Shown here piece after piece: positions 50,201 through 62,720 of a stretch of DNA of 64,000 nt. The notes under the pieces are model-generated. The model was not told the origin of the DNA. It saw only the letters and a program-made list of their open reading frames with translations, and searched no databases. Source of the stretch: Pavona decussata (Eukaryota); the NCBI GenBank assembly GCA_977016875.1, contig CDRNST010000052.1:434001-498000 (forward strand). The letters run 5' to 3'. A program made the position numbers and the translations under genes. The first letter of the stretch is position 1. Each line of letters opens with the position of its first letter.

Positions 50201-51054
50201 AAAATAGACAGGCGACATTTGGCTACAGAACGATACTTTTTTGTTCTTATGAGCCGAAAGAGTGTCCGACGAGCTACGGAGTCTGACTGGACTCCCACGA
50301 AAACGAACTTTGAGAAAGGACCACAAAGTCTTTGATGCCCCCGCTTTCTTTACGATATTTGTAGCTAGCTTGACCATACATCTCGAAGCCGTGTACGCAT
50401 TTTAGTCTAAACACAAAGGTTCCGAGTTGTGTGTGTTTAGCTTGTGATTGCTGAGTAAATGACTTGTTCGAAAAGCTAGAGTTCTTCGTTTTCTGAGCTT
50501 CCTTTTCGTTAACCAAACAATTATGTAGAATAATCCCAAATTACAATATTTTATAAGATTTTTTACATTTTTTCACCCACGCTCATCCCCCTTCAGCGCT
50601 TGTGCTTAGGTCATTGCGTACGTAATTTGCGTTGTTGATGAAATAGCTTGAAGCTGAGCTGGTTTAATAATTACGACATTCATTGGAAATTAAGCCACTT
50701 CCACCCATGGCTAAGCTGACAATTCTTGTAACGCGTGGCATCTTTGTAAATCGCATAATCATAGGAATTTTCAGCTTGTGTCATGGACAGCGTACGATTC
50801 ATTTCGGTGGATACGTCACACCCCCAGTCATACAAACGTCTATAAATTTTTCATTTTTCAACTTGCATTTTCGTTTCAAGCTTTGTTGGGTTTCAAAATA
50901 CTGAAAAAAGTTTGAAAAACCAAGCTAACAACTTAAGGGGTCTGTTATCCGGGTTTAAAATAAAATTAACTAAATATGTAGTTTTATAGTGGAAATACAC
51001 TTAGCTAACCTAAGCTAGTTAACAGTCATTCCACTCAGAAATAACGGGAAACAA

Positions 51055-51220
51055 ATAATAATAAAATTAAACATAACATGTTAAAAATTTCAACTGGCAG
51101 GAGGCAAACTAGAGCTGGCTATACACAAGCGTGGCCGAGGACGGCCAGGCTTGAAATTTCAAGTCCGGCACCCTCAACCGCTAGACCACGCTAGATCACG
51201 CTAGATCACGCCGCCTTCCA
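51055..51220 (-). mobile_element. Degenerate copy of the 29359-29551 SINE family
   Basis: Shares CATGTTAAAAAT..CAACTGGCAGGAGGCA..C.AG.TGGCTA..ACAAG.G.GGCC and AAGTCCGGC.CCCT with that copy. Confidence 0.65.
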
Positions 51221-54160
51221 ATCAGCATATATAACGCTCATTAAAGAAAGGCATTCTTTTATAATATGTCTTGAGTTTCTTCACAGTACGAGCTTATCTC
51301 CTGTGGGAATATGTTCCAATTCACATGGAGGGTCTACAGTACTCCAATCCACCGCACCTAAACTATAAGAAGATGACGACTGGATATTTACCCATAATTC
51401 TCAGCGTACGAAAACCCTAAAAACGTTCATTAAAACGCACAGAATGCTTCTAAAATTAAAACTTCAAACTTTATACCGCGCATACACAATGTTGTTAGTA
51501 CAGGGACGAGTTTCGCCAAGAACATGGCTTCCTTTGTGGCTATTGACTATGTGAGGTTCGCAAGGTATTATCGGGGAAAACGTAGTACAGCCACCTTTTT
51601 TTCCGTACCGAAGAAAGTTTACTTTGGCACCAAAAAGCGAGGTGAAGGGTATTTTATTGAAAAACAAAATCAAAGCGTAACAAACTATAAATTTAAAAAA
51701 AAACATTCCTAGAAAGTGTGTTTAATTTGTACTGTTTGGTATTTTACACACCCTAAAAAAATAAAAATAGAAACTTATGAATTCGTCGTGGTGTCCTGCC
51801 TTTATGCATGCACCCACAAAGACGAGAGCTCGTTGTCTCGCGCGGGTTTCCTCCTCGTTCTCGCGTGACTACCTGCGAGCAAAAATCGCTAGACTACACG
51901 CGGTCAGATATCGCCGTCGGCGCCCAAGACGCTCGGTTTTGTACCAATGCATGGGCATGCCAGAAACCGCTTGCTACTATATCGGCATGAGTTACCAAAA
52001 TAGCGCGAACGGCTGTCACCTTCAGGAAGTTAATCATATTTTGTATCAATAATCTGTTTACACTCCCTTCGAGTGATATTAATGAACATCCGTTTAGCCC
52101 AGTTCGCACTTTGAACTTCAACGGGAAGTTTGATAACATTTGCTGACGCTAAACATCTGATCACCTGAAAAGCCTGCACTTTTTGACAGGGCACTTTTAT
52201 CAGAGTAGTATCGCAGGTTAATTCGATGTTCATCGTGTGTTCAGTTCCTAACTTCCGGTTTGCTCTCTAGGAATAAGAAATTCCGGTTTGTGGTTTTAAT
52301 TGAGCAAGAAATAATTTTTTTTACGGGAAATCCGCTGCTGGAAGTGGTCTGGTCGACTGGTTTTTTCGAAGCTCGCAGCTCATACATGAAATTTTAAGGA
52401 AAGGTCGAGAAATTTGAGTCGCAGCCGGGTAGATTTTTGAGAAGATGTACTTGGCATGGAATCTATCAATTCTAGAAACCATTCCATTTTACCAGTCACA
52501 CAATTTATTTTGGGTGCTGATGTTATTTGAAAAGCAAACGAAACGAACTAACTTTGCATTTGACATCAGTGATAGGACAAGCTCGAAGAAACATAAGAAA
52601 GTCCGTCCAAAGAGCCCGGGAGCTGATGGGTGATTCCCTCAAGCAAAGATGTGGTAGCCATTCGCTGTTATAGTTGTATGAATAACATTCAGGTTTATAT
52701 TTATAATTAGCCATGTGCCCCACCAAAAGTATTCACGGTTTCTAAGCCATTTTGGGCTGAAATACTGTACAGCGTTGCCTGTTAAAATGGGTTAACTCTA
52801 TTTCTGTTATTTCAGTATTTCGCCTATTTTGCCCACTGGACTACTTAAAAGGTCTTAACTAGGGATTATGGAAAGCATGTAGGGGTGAGGTCGGAAATCA
52901 GAAAGGGTATAATATGTTGTGAAATGTGGTTAGATTTTCATCTTTCGGGTGGAACCTAATACTAGTTTAAGGCGTTAGAACGGTGTTTCATATTCCTAAC
53001 GGTATATAAACTTCCTAACAGAAACAGTGTTAACTCAGTTTAACAGAAATTTGTTTTCGAAACGTTGAAACATCCATCTTAAAAAATAATGTAATGCATG
53101 CATCGGAATGAGCGTTGTTATCCCATGAAGTTTTTTACGTGCTACCTTTAGTTACAGTACGTGCGCTTATAGTGGCTTTGAGGTTTGTCGCTTTCAGTAG
53201 CCATTTTAGGCAAGGTCAACAAACGTCCAGAAATAAAAGAACATAAAACGTTCAAAATAAATATATGTCAGCACATGCAACCTTGAGATGTTTTTCTTGG
53301 CGTGGAACGTGATGATTATTATTCAGACGTAATTTTAGTGCAGTATTTTAGTAGTGGCTAGGTCGTTTTTTTTGGCCCTCTCGACCACTAAGCTAAATTT
53401 AATTACAAAGTTCGATATAGCCTAGAATATAGTGGCCACGATACGCGAAGGGACTTGTCCCGAGGGCCATGGGCAAGGCCCTGCAAGACTCCTGTAATCC
53501 GTATGAAGTTGACAGGATCTTCTTGCAAGATTGATATTGTGGTTGCTGTTTAATTTCGTTTGTCACACGAACAGTTTTCTTGAGGGGGAAAACAATGAAA
53601 CCTGTGACTCGATTTTTTAAGAAAATAAGTTCAAGCGAAGGTCGGTGAGACTTGAAATAAATGTTCATGGCACCAACAGGAAAAGCGCGGGAAAACTTTC
53701 TACCAAAAAATGCGGCAGCCGGTCCCAAAACATGTGAAGACAGCAACATGAAATGCGCGGGAAAACTTCCCACCAAAAGTTGGAGCAACCGGTGCCAAAA
53801 CAACAGAAGACATACGACGTGAAATGCGCGGGAAAACTTCCCACCAAAAGTTGGGGCAACCGGTGCCAAAACAACTGGAGACAACAACATGAAATGCGCG
53901 GGAAAACTTCCCGCCAAAAGTTTGGGCAACCGGTGCCAAAACAGCTGGCCCCGGTTGTTCAAAGAGCGGATAAGTCTTATCCACTGGATAAGTCGCTATC
54001 CAGCGGATAAAATTTATCCACTTGCGTCATTTCGGTTGTTCGAAGCTTGGATAGCGCTTTCCAGCCGCTATCCAGTGGATAAAGTTATCCATGTCAAGGT
54101 AGGTCGTATAACTTTTTATCCGGCGGATAAAATGTAGCGGCGAAAGCCCAGTAAATAAAC

Positions 54161-55550
54161 ATGGCCGCCCGTAGTCTTTCTCGTATGATGAATAATTTCC
54201 ATAATCCTAGAAAGGCTAGAGTCTATCGTAGAGAAATTGACCCGTTGGCGTGCTACACTGAAAATGAACTTAGATCTCGGTATCGTTTTGGGAAAGAAGG
54301 TCTTCAGTTCATCATTGACTTACTCGCCGAGGAAATTTCCCCATCGACAAGAAGAAGCCACTCGTTGTCAGCGAGCGAACAAGTGTTAATTACGTTAAGA
54401 TTCTTGGCTTCGGGTAGCTTCCTTGAAGTAGTTGGTGACACTTTTTTATCTTACGATAAATCCACCGTCAGTCGAGTTATCCGTCGGGTGACTCAATGCC
54501 TTGCCGCCAAAGTGAACGATTTTGTTAAATTTCCATCGACGAGAAACGAGCGAGATGAAGTCAAGCGAGGCATGTTCCGAATTGGAGGCTTCCCGTGTGC
54601 AATAGGCTGTGTAGATGGTACACATGTGAAGATAACTGCGCCGTCGCTGAATGAACCCGATTACGTCAACAGAAAGGGCTTTCATTCGATAAATGTGCAA
54701 GCTATTTGTAATCATGAAGGTGAGCAATGTAAATGTCAGCCATGTTTGAACGTAACCATTTATTTGTTATTGTGGGCATACTGTAAGGGATGGATTGGAA
54801 TGGATTTATAAAACGCGGACTTGTAAATCGAGGATTTGCAAAACGCGGACTAGTACACAATCACAAGAAAAGAAACAAAACAAAACAAAATTCATTTCTT
54901 TGATGATTTACTATAAATTATGGCAAATTATTTTGACTCTTTACTCATAGATTTTATTTTATTTTATTTTATTTTTATTTTCCTTCATGCCCCGCCTTAA
55001 TTGCATCAGGCCTGATACACGCTTCTACGGGAAACAATGATCTAAAAAACTGTATATTTTTGCAGGATTGTTCACAAATGTGGTTGCCAGGTGGCCTGGC
55101 AGTACTCATGACAGCCACATTTTTAAAACATCTGCTGTGGGTCGACAGCCGGAACAAGGAGGAGGTCATGGGCTGGCAGATGGAGTGCTCCTTGGCGATA
55201 GCGGGTATGCCTGCACTTCATTTCTGTTGACACCCTACTCCCAGCCACATTTACCATCAGAGGAGCGGTTCAACAGGGCCCACAAAACAACGCGCTGCAC
55301 GATAGAACGTACGTTTGGCCTTCTTAAACGTAGGTTCCACATCCTACACTCAGAAATAAGAATGGCTCCTGATAGGGTTTGCACGATTGTAGTCGCATGT
55401 TTTGTTTTGCACAATATTGCTATTAATTTAAGGGAGCCAGAAGTGGATGATGGTCATGTAGATGATGAGGACTGTGATGTGCAGGAGCAATATCATGGTC
55501 CTGAGAATGGTAATGCTGTTAGGAAGCACATAACAAACACTTTCTTTTAA
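54161..55550 (+). CDS. Harbinger transposase (HARBI1-like, DDE_Tnp_4); exons 54161-54719, 55066-55550
   Basis: RSRYRF, LRFLASGSF, GCVDGTH, YVNRKGFHSINVQ, RWPGSTHDS, LLGDSGY, FNRAH..TR..IERTFGLLKRRF, ACFVLHN; 347 aa, uninterrupted after one phase-1 GT-AG intron. Confidence 0.95.
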
Positions 55551-55840
55551 GTTCTCTGTGTGGGTAGGTTCTTTTTTGATATGCTCATGACTGAAGGATT
55601 ATGGACAGGAGGGGTGTATTTCATATATATTATTAGATGGTTTTACATTCAAAATACACGCAGATATTTTGCACGTTGTCTAGTACTATTTTTCCCGAGC
55701 CCCGAAAGGGTGTGGAAAATGAGCAAAATGTCAGCACGCATTTTCTATACAAATCATCGAATAAGATCGAGATTTATTATTCCACTACAAAAAGATTTTG
55801 CTATTTTCGCTTCAATTTAATGGTGAGAGTGTTGAAATAG

Positions 55841-56240
55841 AGTCCTAAAGTGATGATGCCACAAAAAACAAAATCTATGAAATTATGGGATATTGTTAGA
55901 ATACTCTGAAAAAGCATGATGGAAAATGCCTACTTGCCAAAAATCAGCATTGCAATTTGGGAGTGAGATATTTATAGCTCTGTTATGCCCCAATGACTCC
56001 ATACAAATCCTTTTAATTTTGTCTCAGCTCCAAACAGTAAGAACTGAAACATAATTAGAAAGATTTGTATGGAGTCATCGGGGCATAACAGAGTTAATAT
56101 CTCACTCCCTTAATTGCAATTATAATAAAGATGCTGTTTTTTGACAAGTAGGCATTTGTCATCATGCTATTTCCATTAATATACTAACAAATCCCATAAT
56201 TTAAAAAATTCAAATATTTGTGAAGTCACACTTTAAGACT
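55841..56240. mobile_element. Foldback MITE nested in Harbinger
   Basis: ~170-bp diverged arms, e.g. CTCTGTTATGCCCCAATGACTCCATACAAATC / GATTTGTATGGAGTCATCGGGGCATAACAGAG. Confidence 0.7.
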
Positions 56241-56473
56241 CAATACACCCGGCATAATCAGCTGTCTATTAGTATAATGTTACATGCAAATAGCATAAAT
56301 AACACAGAAAGCCAGTGGAGTGTAGTGGTCATTAAATGACCATATATTCACTAACGTGAACCCGGGTCAAACCGGGACACTACAGTGTATTACGGTCTTG
56401 TATTTTGCGTGTTTCTTTGATCTTATTTGGTGAAATGACATAAAAGTGGAATAATAAAATGATTTATTTCTTG

Positions 56474-57009
56474 CCTTAAAATCAAAATTACTCTAAAGAA
56501 GCCCTATTTTGGCACAGAGATTGGTTGATTTGGCTTATTTCTGTTATTCAGGTACGTACTTCGCGAGGGCTGTCATTAAGGGCCGTAACCCGTAACACCT
56601 GTTACGGCTGAGTATGCTTGATGGGCCCTTGATGCTACGGGTGAACTTGCCTGTTGTTGATATCATTCACACACAGTAACAAGTTTGTTACGGGTGTGAA
56701 GATCAAGGAAACAGGTGACTCAAATCTAAATGACAGCCCTGTACTTCCAATATTATTATTTAATTGCTTGACTTGGTTCAGACTCTACTGGGTCGTCCTG
56801 TGTACAATTCTGTATCTCTTTTGTGTAGCTATTAGCTGGTTACTTGTATTTTCTAGAAGAGAAAAGCTATTTCTTGTTTATTTGGCATTATTTTATAATT
56901 TGCTTAAAAATTATGGTAAATATTGTGCCACTTTAAGTGTCTTTATCATGACCAATCTCTATGATCTGTGCCAAAATAGAGGTTATTTGAAGCAATTTTG
57001 ATTTTAAGG
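56474..57009. mobile_element. Diverged TIR element nested in Harbinger
   Basis: CCTTAAAATCAAAATT...CTATTTTGGCACAGA / TCTGTGCCAAAATAG...AATTTTGATTTTAAGG. Confidence 0.6.
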
Positions 57010-57187
57010 TGCTCATGGATAAATTGAGTCATTTACACCCCTCTAGCACAAAGCCCTTCAATTGTTTTTGCTTGAAAAAGTGTGAGAGCAGTCATTATAC
57101 TGCTTTGTATGCTGAGTTTTTCGAAAATCATAACTTTTCGTTTTACCTCAGATTTCCTTTCCTTAAGTCAGAGCAGGGGAAAAAAGT

Positions 57188-57465
57188 GAGCAGAGGGATG
57201 GCACAGTGGTGAGAGCACTTGCCTCCCACCAATTTAATGTGGCCCGGGTTCGATTACCAGACTCAGTGTCATATGCTGGTTGATCATGTGTTTGTTGTTG
57301 GTTATCGTCTCTGCTCCAAGGGTTTTTCTCCGGGTACTATGGTTTTCCTCTCTCCACAAAAACCAACATTCCAAATTACAATTCGACCTGGAAACAGTGG
57401 ACGAATAGCCACTCTAGATCTGTGGATGTGCCACTGAGATTCCCATTTATTTATTTTTATTTTGT
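57188..57465 (+). mobile_element. tRNA-derived SINE nested in Harbinger
   Basis: A box TGGCACAGTGG, B box GGTTCGATTAC, body, ATTT-repeat tail. Confidence 0.8.
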
Positions 57466-57911
57466 AGATGGCTAATTTTGCATTTAATTAATTTCCAAAA
57501 CATATTGTTCAGCAATTTTTTTTCACATTTGGGCATTCATTTTTTGCTAAAAGCAGACAATGTTATGTAATGTTTTGAAAATTTTATGGCATCATTTAAT
57601 TATGGTCTCTTTGAGTACATTACGGCAGACTATAGAAAACTGCGCTGTCAGTTGTTTTTACAATAACATGGAAAAAAGTACATGCAGAATTCACATGGCC
57701 TTATTTTCTGTTGAGATTAAGGGTGTGCATCACATCTGACATCATTTTTATTCATGTCTGTGCTCTTTTAGACAAAAGCTCATACTAGCCAATCGACATG
57801 CGGGAATTTTGACAGTTAAATGCATTAATGTATTGTAAAAAGCATTTAGTATAGTTTTACTAAGTTGTTCAAGAAGTCACAAAAATGCTCCCAATTTTGT
57901 TTTAGTTGCAT

Positions 57912-58111
57912 TGTGCTGAGTTCCAGAATATATCCATACTCCCCCCCATGGAAGGTTTTTGTTTTGCACCCCTCCCCCCCCCTCCCCCCAGGAAATTCCA
58001 GTTTAGCTTCATACTTTCCTTCTAAAATTTTGATTTTTAAGACCCCCCTCCCCCTAGGAATTTCCAATGACCTTCCATGGGGTGGGTATGGATTTTTTCT
58101 GGAACTGTACA
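57912..58111. mobile_element. MITE nested in Harbinger
   Basis: AGTTCCAGAATATATCCATAC...CCATGGAAGG / CCTTCCATGG...GTATGGATTTTTTCTGGAACT. Confidence 0.75.
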
Positions 58112-58490
58112 TTGTAGATTTTGTATACTTAAGCTAAACCAACATTAATTAAGACCTTAAATGTATTGCGCATTTTAAAAAAAGGTTAAATTACTGATGA
58201 CTAGCAAGTAGAAATTGCCTTTTCACTTTTATTTTATTTAGCAGTTTTATGTGTAATCAGTTTTTCAAAATGTAGCATTCAGCTGGCTTATTATAGAAAA
58301 CAAAATTAATATATAAATTTGGATGCACATTTTTCACAGAAAATCTGCTGTACATACAAAATGAAAACTGACTTTTTGGTTAGGAAAGCAATATACAGAC
58401 TAGCTTTTGCTAATTGTAACGCTCACTAGGATTTGTTTGAATTTATTAATGTGTTTTGAGTTTTTAAGCTAGTGGTTGTGAACAATGTTA

Positions 58491-58772
58491 AGGGCGATTT
58501 AGACGGTATGATTTTGCCTACGTCGCATGCGACACGCTTACGCCATGCTGGAACAACACGAATCGCGTCGTGTAAATCAATTAAACCTACAACATCCTTA
58601 CGACAGATGCACACAACACATAAAACATGTTTTAAAATCCTACGATAATCGTAGGTAAAGGCAATGTTGAGTGGCGAGAGTTGTGTACGATTTTTACATG
58701 ACGCAAGCAGCGCGCGCTCTAGAAATCGCATGCGACAGTCGTAAGAGAAAATCGTACGGTCTAAATTGCCCT
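58491..58772. mobile_element. Harbinger-type MITE nested in Harbinger
   Basis: AGGGCGATTTAGACGGTATGATTTT / AAAATCGTACGGTCTAAATTGCCCT; flanks TTA/TCA. Confidence 0.7.
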
Positions 58773-60777
58773 TCAGATGGTTTCAATAATTGAAAACTAA
58801 ATATTTATTGATGTGCACTCTCATTTTTCTCATGGGTGTTAATAATAATTTTTATAAGTATATTAATAACTGACTCATCAATGCATGCGCAGTTCCAGAG
58901 TTTTGATTGGCAATATGTTTATTTCAGCCATAATATACCATGCCCCACAAATATGGTAAGAGCTAGTATGTGTCAGGGGGCAAGAATAAGCGATTTCTTG
59001 TGGTTGTTTTTATTAAAATAATTATCCATTCCACTCAGGGTTGTTAGATATATACAAGGTGATTATAGCCAACTTGATGCACACCTCGTGCTCTGAATGT
59101 GCACTCATGGAATAACTAATAAATTCACAGGTCCATTAACCTAATTTGATAAGCCTTGCTCAAAGTAAAATAATTTTTTGATTTTCCAGTTTATTAAGAA
59201 TGAGATAAGAAAGGCTACTTGAATACAAACAAAAGATTATAGGCGTTAATTATTATCTTTTTAGAATAAGCTCTTCACAGCCATATGTATACCCAGATCT
59301 TGATCCTTCATGTTTCATCGGGATCAATGTATATCATATGTCTCACTGGCAGGAGACAAAATTTTGTGAGGGTAAATAGCCCATTAATTCAATGTTTTGT
59401 TCACTGAAGTTTAAATACGTGAGAGTCAACTTACAGCAGCTTGACAATTTTCATGATCCAATTATTGCTTATATTTTAGGGATGTGTATATATATTTGTA
59501 TTTATTATTAAATTTACAGCTACTCGGAATCCTGGCCAAAATTCCCAGAACAGAACACAAAATTAAGCATTGTCAGTGAACATTTTCATTCTGCATATCT
59601 TAAGTCAGTCTTCAAAATTTTTCTTAAGTTGTCTTTAATTTGCAATTTTTGGAAAGCCCCACTCCCCCCAAACAATGTTGAGTGCAACTGGAATCATTTG
59701 GATTGTAGATAAACACAGCTTCGAAACAACATTGCTTGGGGGTGGGGGGTGGGGGAGGGGGCAGGGGAACAGTTCAAGATTAATTTTGCAAATCGTCCCA
59801 TTATTTCTGGCCAGGATTGTAGCCTTAAAATTTAACTTTTATGCTCCAAATTGCATTATATGTATATTTTTTACCTTGTACGTTGACATCTGTTTGTAAC
59901 TAATGCGTCAATAAATATTCTTAAAGACCTTTTATAAAAACATATATTAAGTATTTACAGCAATATATAGTTAATGGAATGATGGTTTCAATGTTCAAAT
60001 GCATGACTGTATAAATATGAATTTCATGGATATTATATATAAATAAATTTATTTAAGTAATAAAAATCCTTTTTGCAAACATTTAAATTTGAACAGTTGC
60101 ATGATCACTTCTGAATATTTAATTTCATTTATAATAATATTATAGGAACCTCTTCCCTAATGATGTTGAATTGTTGGAAATAATGTCTATAAATTCTAAA
60201 TTTTAAATGAAATAGTGAAAATTTTGAATGCATGATTCTGTATACTGTTGATGTTGGAAAATAGATGTTCTAATAGAGCTGCTGCTATTCTGTGATGAAC
60301 AATTAAGAAACTGAATGAAGTCATAATAAGACAAAATGTTGGCATAAGGAAAGCTTTTAAAATATTACAAACAAGCAGTGTTGTATACTCAAATACTGTT
60401 TTATGCAGCAATGAAATAATTTGCTATATTTCCAATGAAATTTGAAAAATATGTTAGTTTAATTTGTATTTCCAACAATTTAACCCCAATACAATTTCAA
60501 GAATGATGTCACCTTTACAATGGATATAGTTACAAAACATTTATGCTTATTTGAAATTTGAAAGAGAACAAACATGGCATTTTCTTTTTTGAATATCTCT
60601 TGTAGAGATATTAAAGATTTTTTGTTCAAAAAAATGATAAAGAAAAAATTTTATATGGGAGTCCCCCCCCCCCCCCCCCCCACCCTTGGGGTTTGTACTT
60701 TGAGTCCACTTAGTTATTTGCATTGAATTTTGTTAGTTGGCCTTGATTGGAGTCAGGTCCGGACACTAATGACCTCA

Positions 60778-62720
60778 CTAATGGTCAAAAGAGAAATTGG
60801 AACTTCTTGATCTTGCTTCAACTTCTTCAATCTCTAACTTCAATTTCTTTTTTTGAAGTTGAAGATTCTCCATTTCCATATCCATTTTTCTACTTTCTTT
60901 TCTTAGTACCTCCAATTGCGTCTGTTGGATTTCATCAACAAGGGTCAGCTGCTTTTGTGGTGTACTTGATTTTCTAACTTGTTTTTGCTTTACTTGCCCA
61001 GTCACGGAGGTTGATGGTCTCAAAGCAGGCAATTGAGGGCTGTCTGGCAGTTGTAGCAAAGGGGCATCATGTATACTTGCTCCTAAAACGGTTTCCAGCA
61101 CTGTGGCATCAACATGAACGCCAGTCTCACTGATCCCCTGACTGGTAGAGGGTTCATCTCTTAAGATCCCTAAGTAATTTTCAGCAATCAAGAAAAAAAT
61201 GTACTCTGATAAATAATTTTTATCACACAGCCCCGACATGCCAATTATTTCACTTATTTGCTTTTCAAGATGGAATTGTTGTTATAAAATGAACATTTCC
61301 AATTTTCTTTTGGAAACCACTCCGCTTTTCTAACGCAAAAAAGTCTTTAGCCGCAAAGTTCAAACCCAAAAAAGGCATTTGCACCCGGATAGTATGCAGC
61401 TCTTAAAAGCTTGTAATTTCATTTGTTTAACATGCACGTAGCTGCATTGTTATTTGGGTTTGGGTTATTGTTTAGCTTCTTTGTTTATTGTTTCATTGTC
61501 CAATTGTGCAGCATCTTGAAAGAGCTGCGTACCGTCTCTTTGCACCTCCCTGTCACTAACACCCGAGTACCACCTTCTGGGGTTTCAAGTATTGTTACTG
61601 ATGAGAAATGGCACAGATGTAGTGTGTAACCCTTATAACTGATGTTTATCAATAGTTAGATGATATGGACCTCACCCAGATCTAGATGGTGAAATATGTA
61701 GTATTGAGTGTTTGGATGGCAATTTGACTTTATTTGTTGTTTGAATATCAATTAAAATTGACGATTAAGTGCCCACAATATCATGCTTGATTTTAAAATT
61801 AACTTCTCCTTGCTGAAAAAATATACATACATATAACATTTTAATTCTTCTCCGTGTTCTGGAAGAAACAGAACTCAGCCCAAGAACACTCGACTCGATT
61901 GCCGACAAATCCGACATTTTGGATCGCTATTCCCATTCCATTCATTTTTTTCCAACCGGAAGCCAGGGGAGCGGCCACTTTGGATTTCCTGCCAAACATT
62001 TCCCGAAAGAACGCTTATTCCTTTCGTTCATTTCTTTCATTCTGCTATCAAAAGAACACAAATACCGTCTATTTTGAGAATTCATATTCTGTAATAGTCC
62101 CAAATGAACGCGCCTTTGAGCTTACGTATTCAATTCCGCCGGCAACACCGGAAAAAGACGGATCTAAACAACTCGATAATTTTTGTGGCACCCTTTGGTG
62201 AATCCGGCATCCCTCCACCAAAACGACCCGTGACAAGTAATGTGCGGTCTTTTGTTTGCATACAAAATTAGATACATAAGCTTTCTGTCACGAACTTAAA
62301 ATGTAACTTAGGACAAAGTTTGTTTACGTTTAATAATTACCTGACTCGATCCCGCCGATTATTCCGGAAAACGAAGGGTCGTCCCCAAACAATTCAATAA
62401 TTTTTTGGGTCGCACTTTGGCTTAGGTCCTCCACCGGTCTTCCTTTGGGCTGTGGAGAATTGGCTGTGCTCTTTCTTTGCGTTGCCGACCATTCTTCGCC
62501 ATTTATCTTTCACTTCCTGCACCGACCGCAAACAGACGCCGAGCGAATTCACTTTATCCGTAATTTCCTCCCATACCTTCTTTTTGTTTGCATTGGACAG
62601 CGTAGAGGAAAACTTACTCCTGATGACTTCCAAGTTTTCTTCAGCCAACTCGCAAAGTAAGGCGCATTCCGCAGCTGAAAAATTAGCCTTTCGCGTACGC
62701 TTATTTAAATTTTCCGCCAT
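60778..62720 (-). pseudogene. Harbinger Myb/SANT-like DNA-binding protein, frameshifted as assembled; exons 62341-62720 and 60778-61169 (possible small middle exon near 61530-61600)
   Basis: RKANFSAAEC..L...KKKVWEEITDKVNSLGVCLRSVQEVKDKWRRM...RKTGGGP; continuation KIIELFGDDPSFSGIIGGIES lies in another frame near 62400; C-terminal coiled coil QLEVLRKE...ENLQLQKKKLKLEI. Confidence 0.85.

Noticed and set aside
49961-52233. Several 60-138-aa ORFs in the intergenic stretch before the Harbinger
   Set aside because: No recognisable domains or consistent splice chain; cannot be supported as genes without expression data.
53399-54010. ORFs of 187, 94 and 85 aa over the tandem repeat
   Set aside because: The repetitive peptides are by-products of the 70-bp unit and run across the transposon junction.
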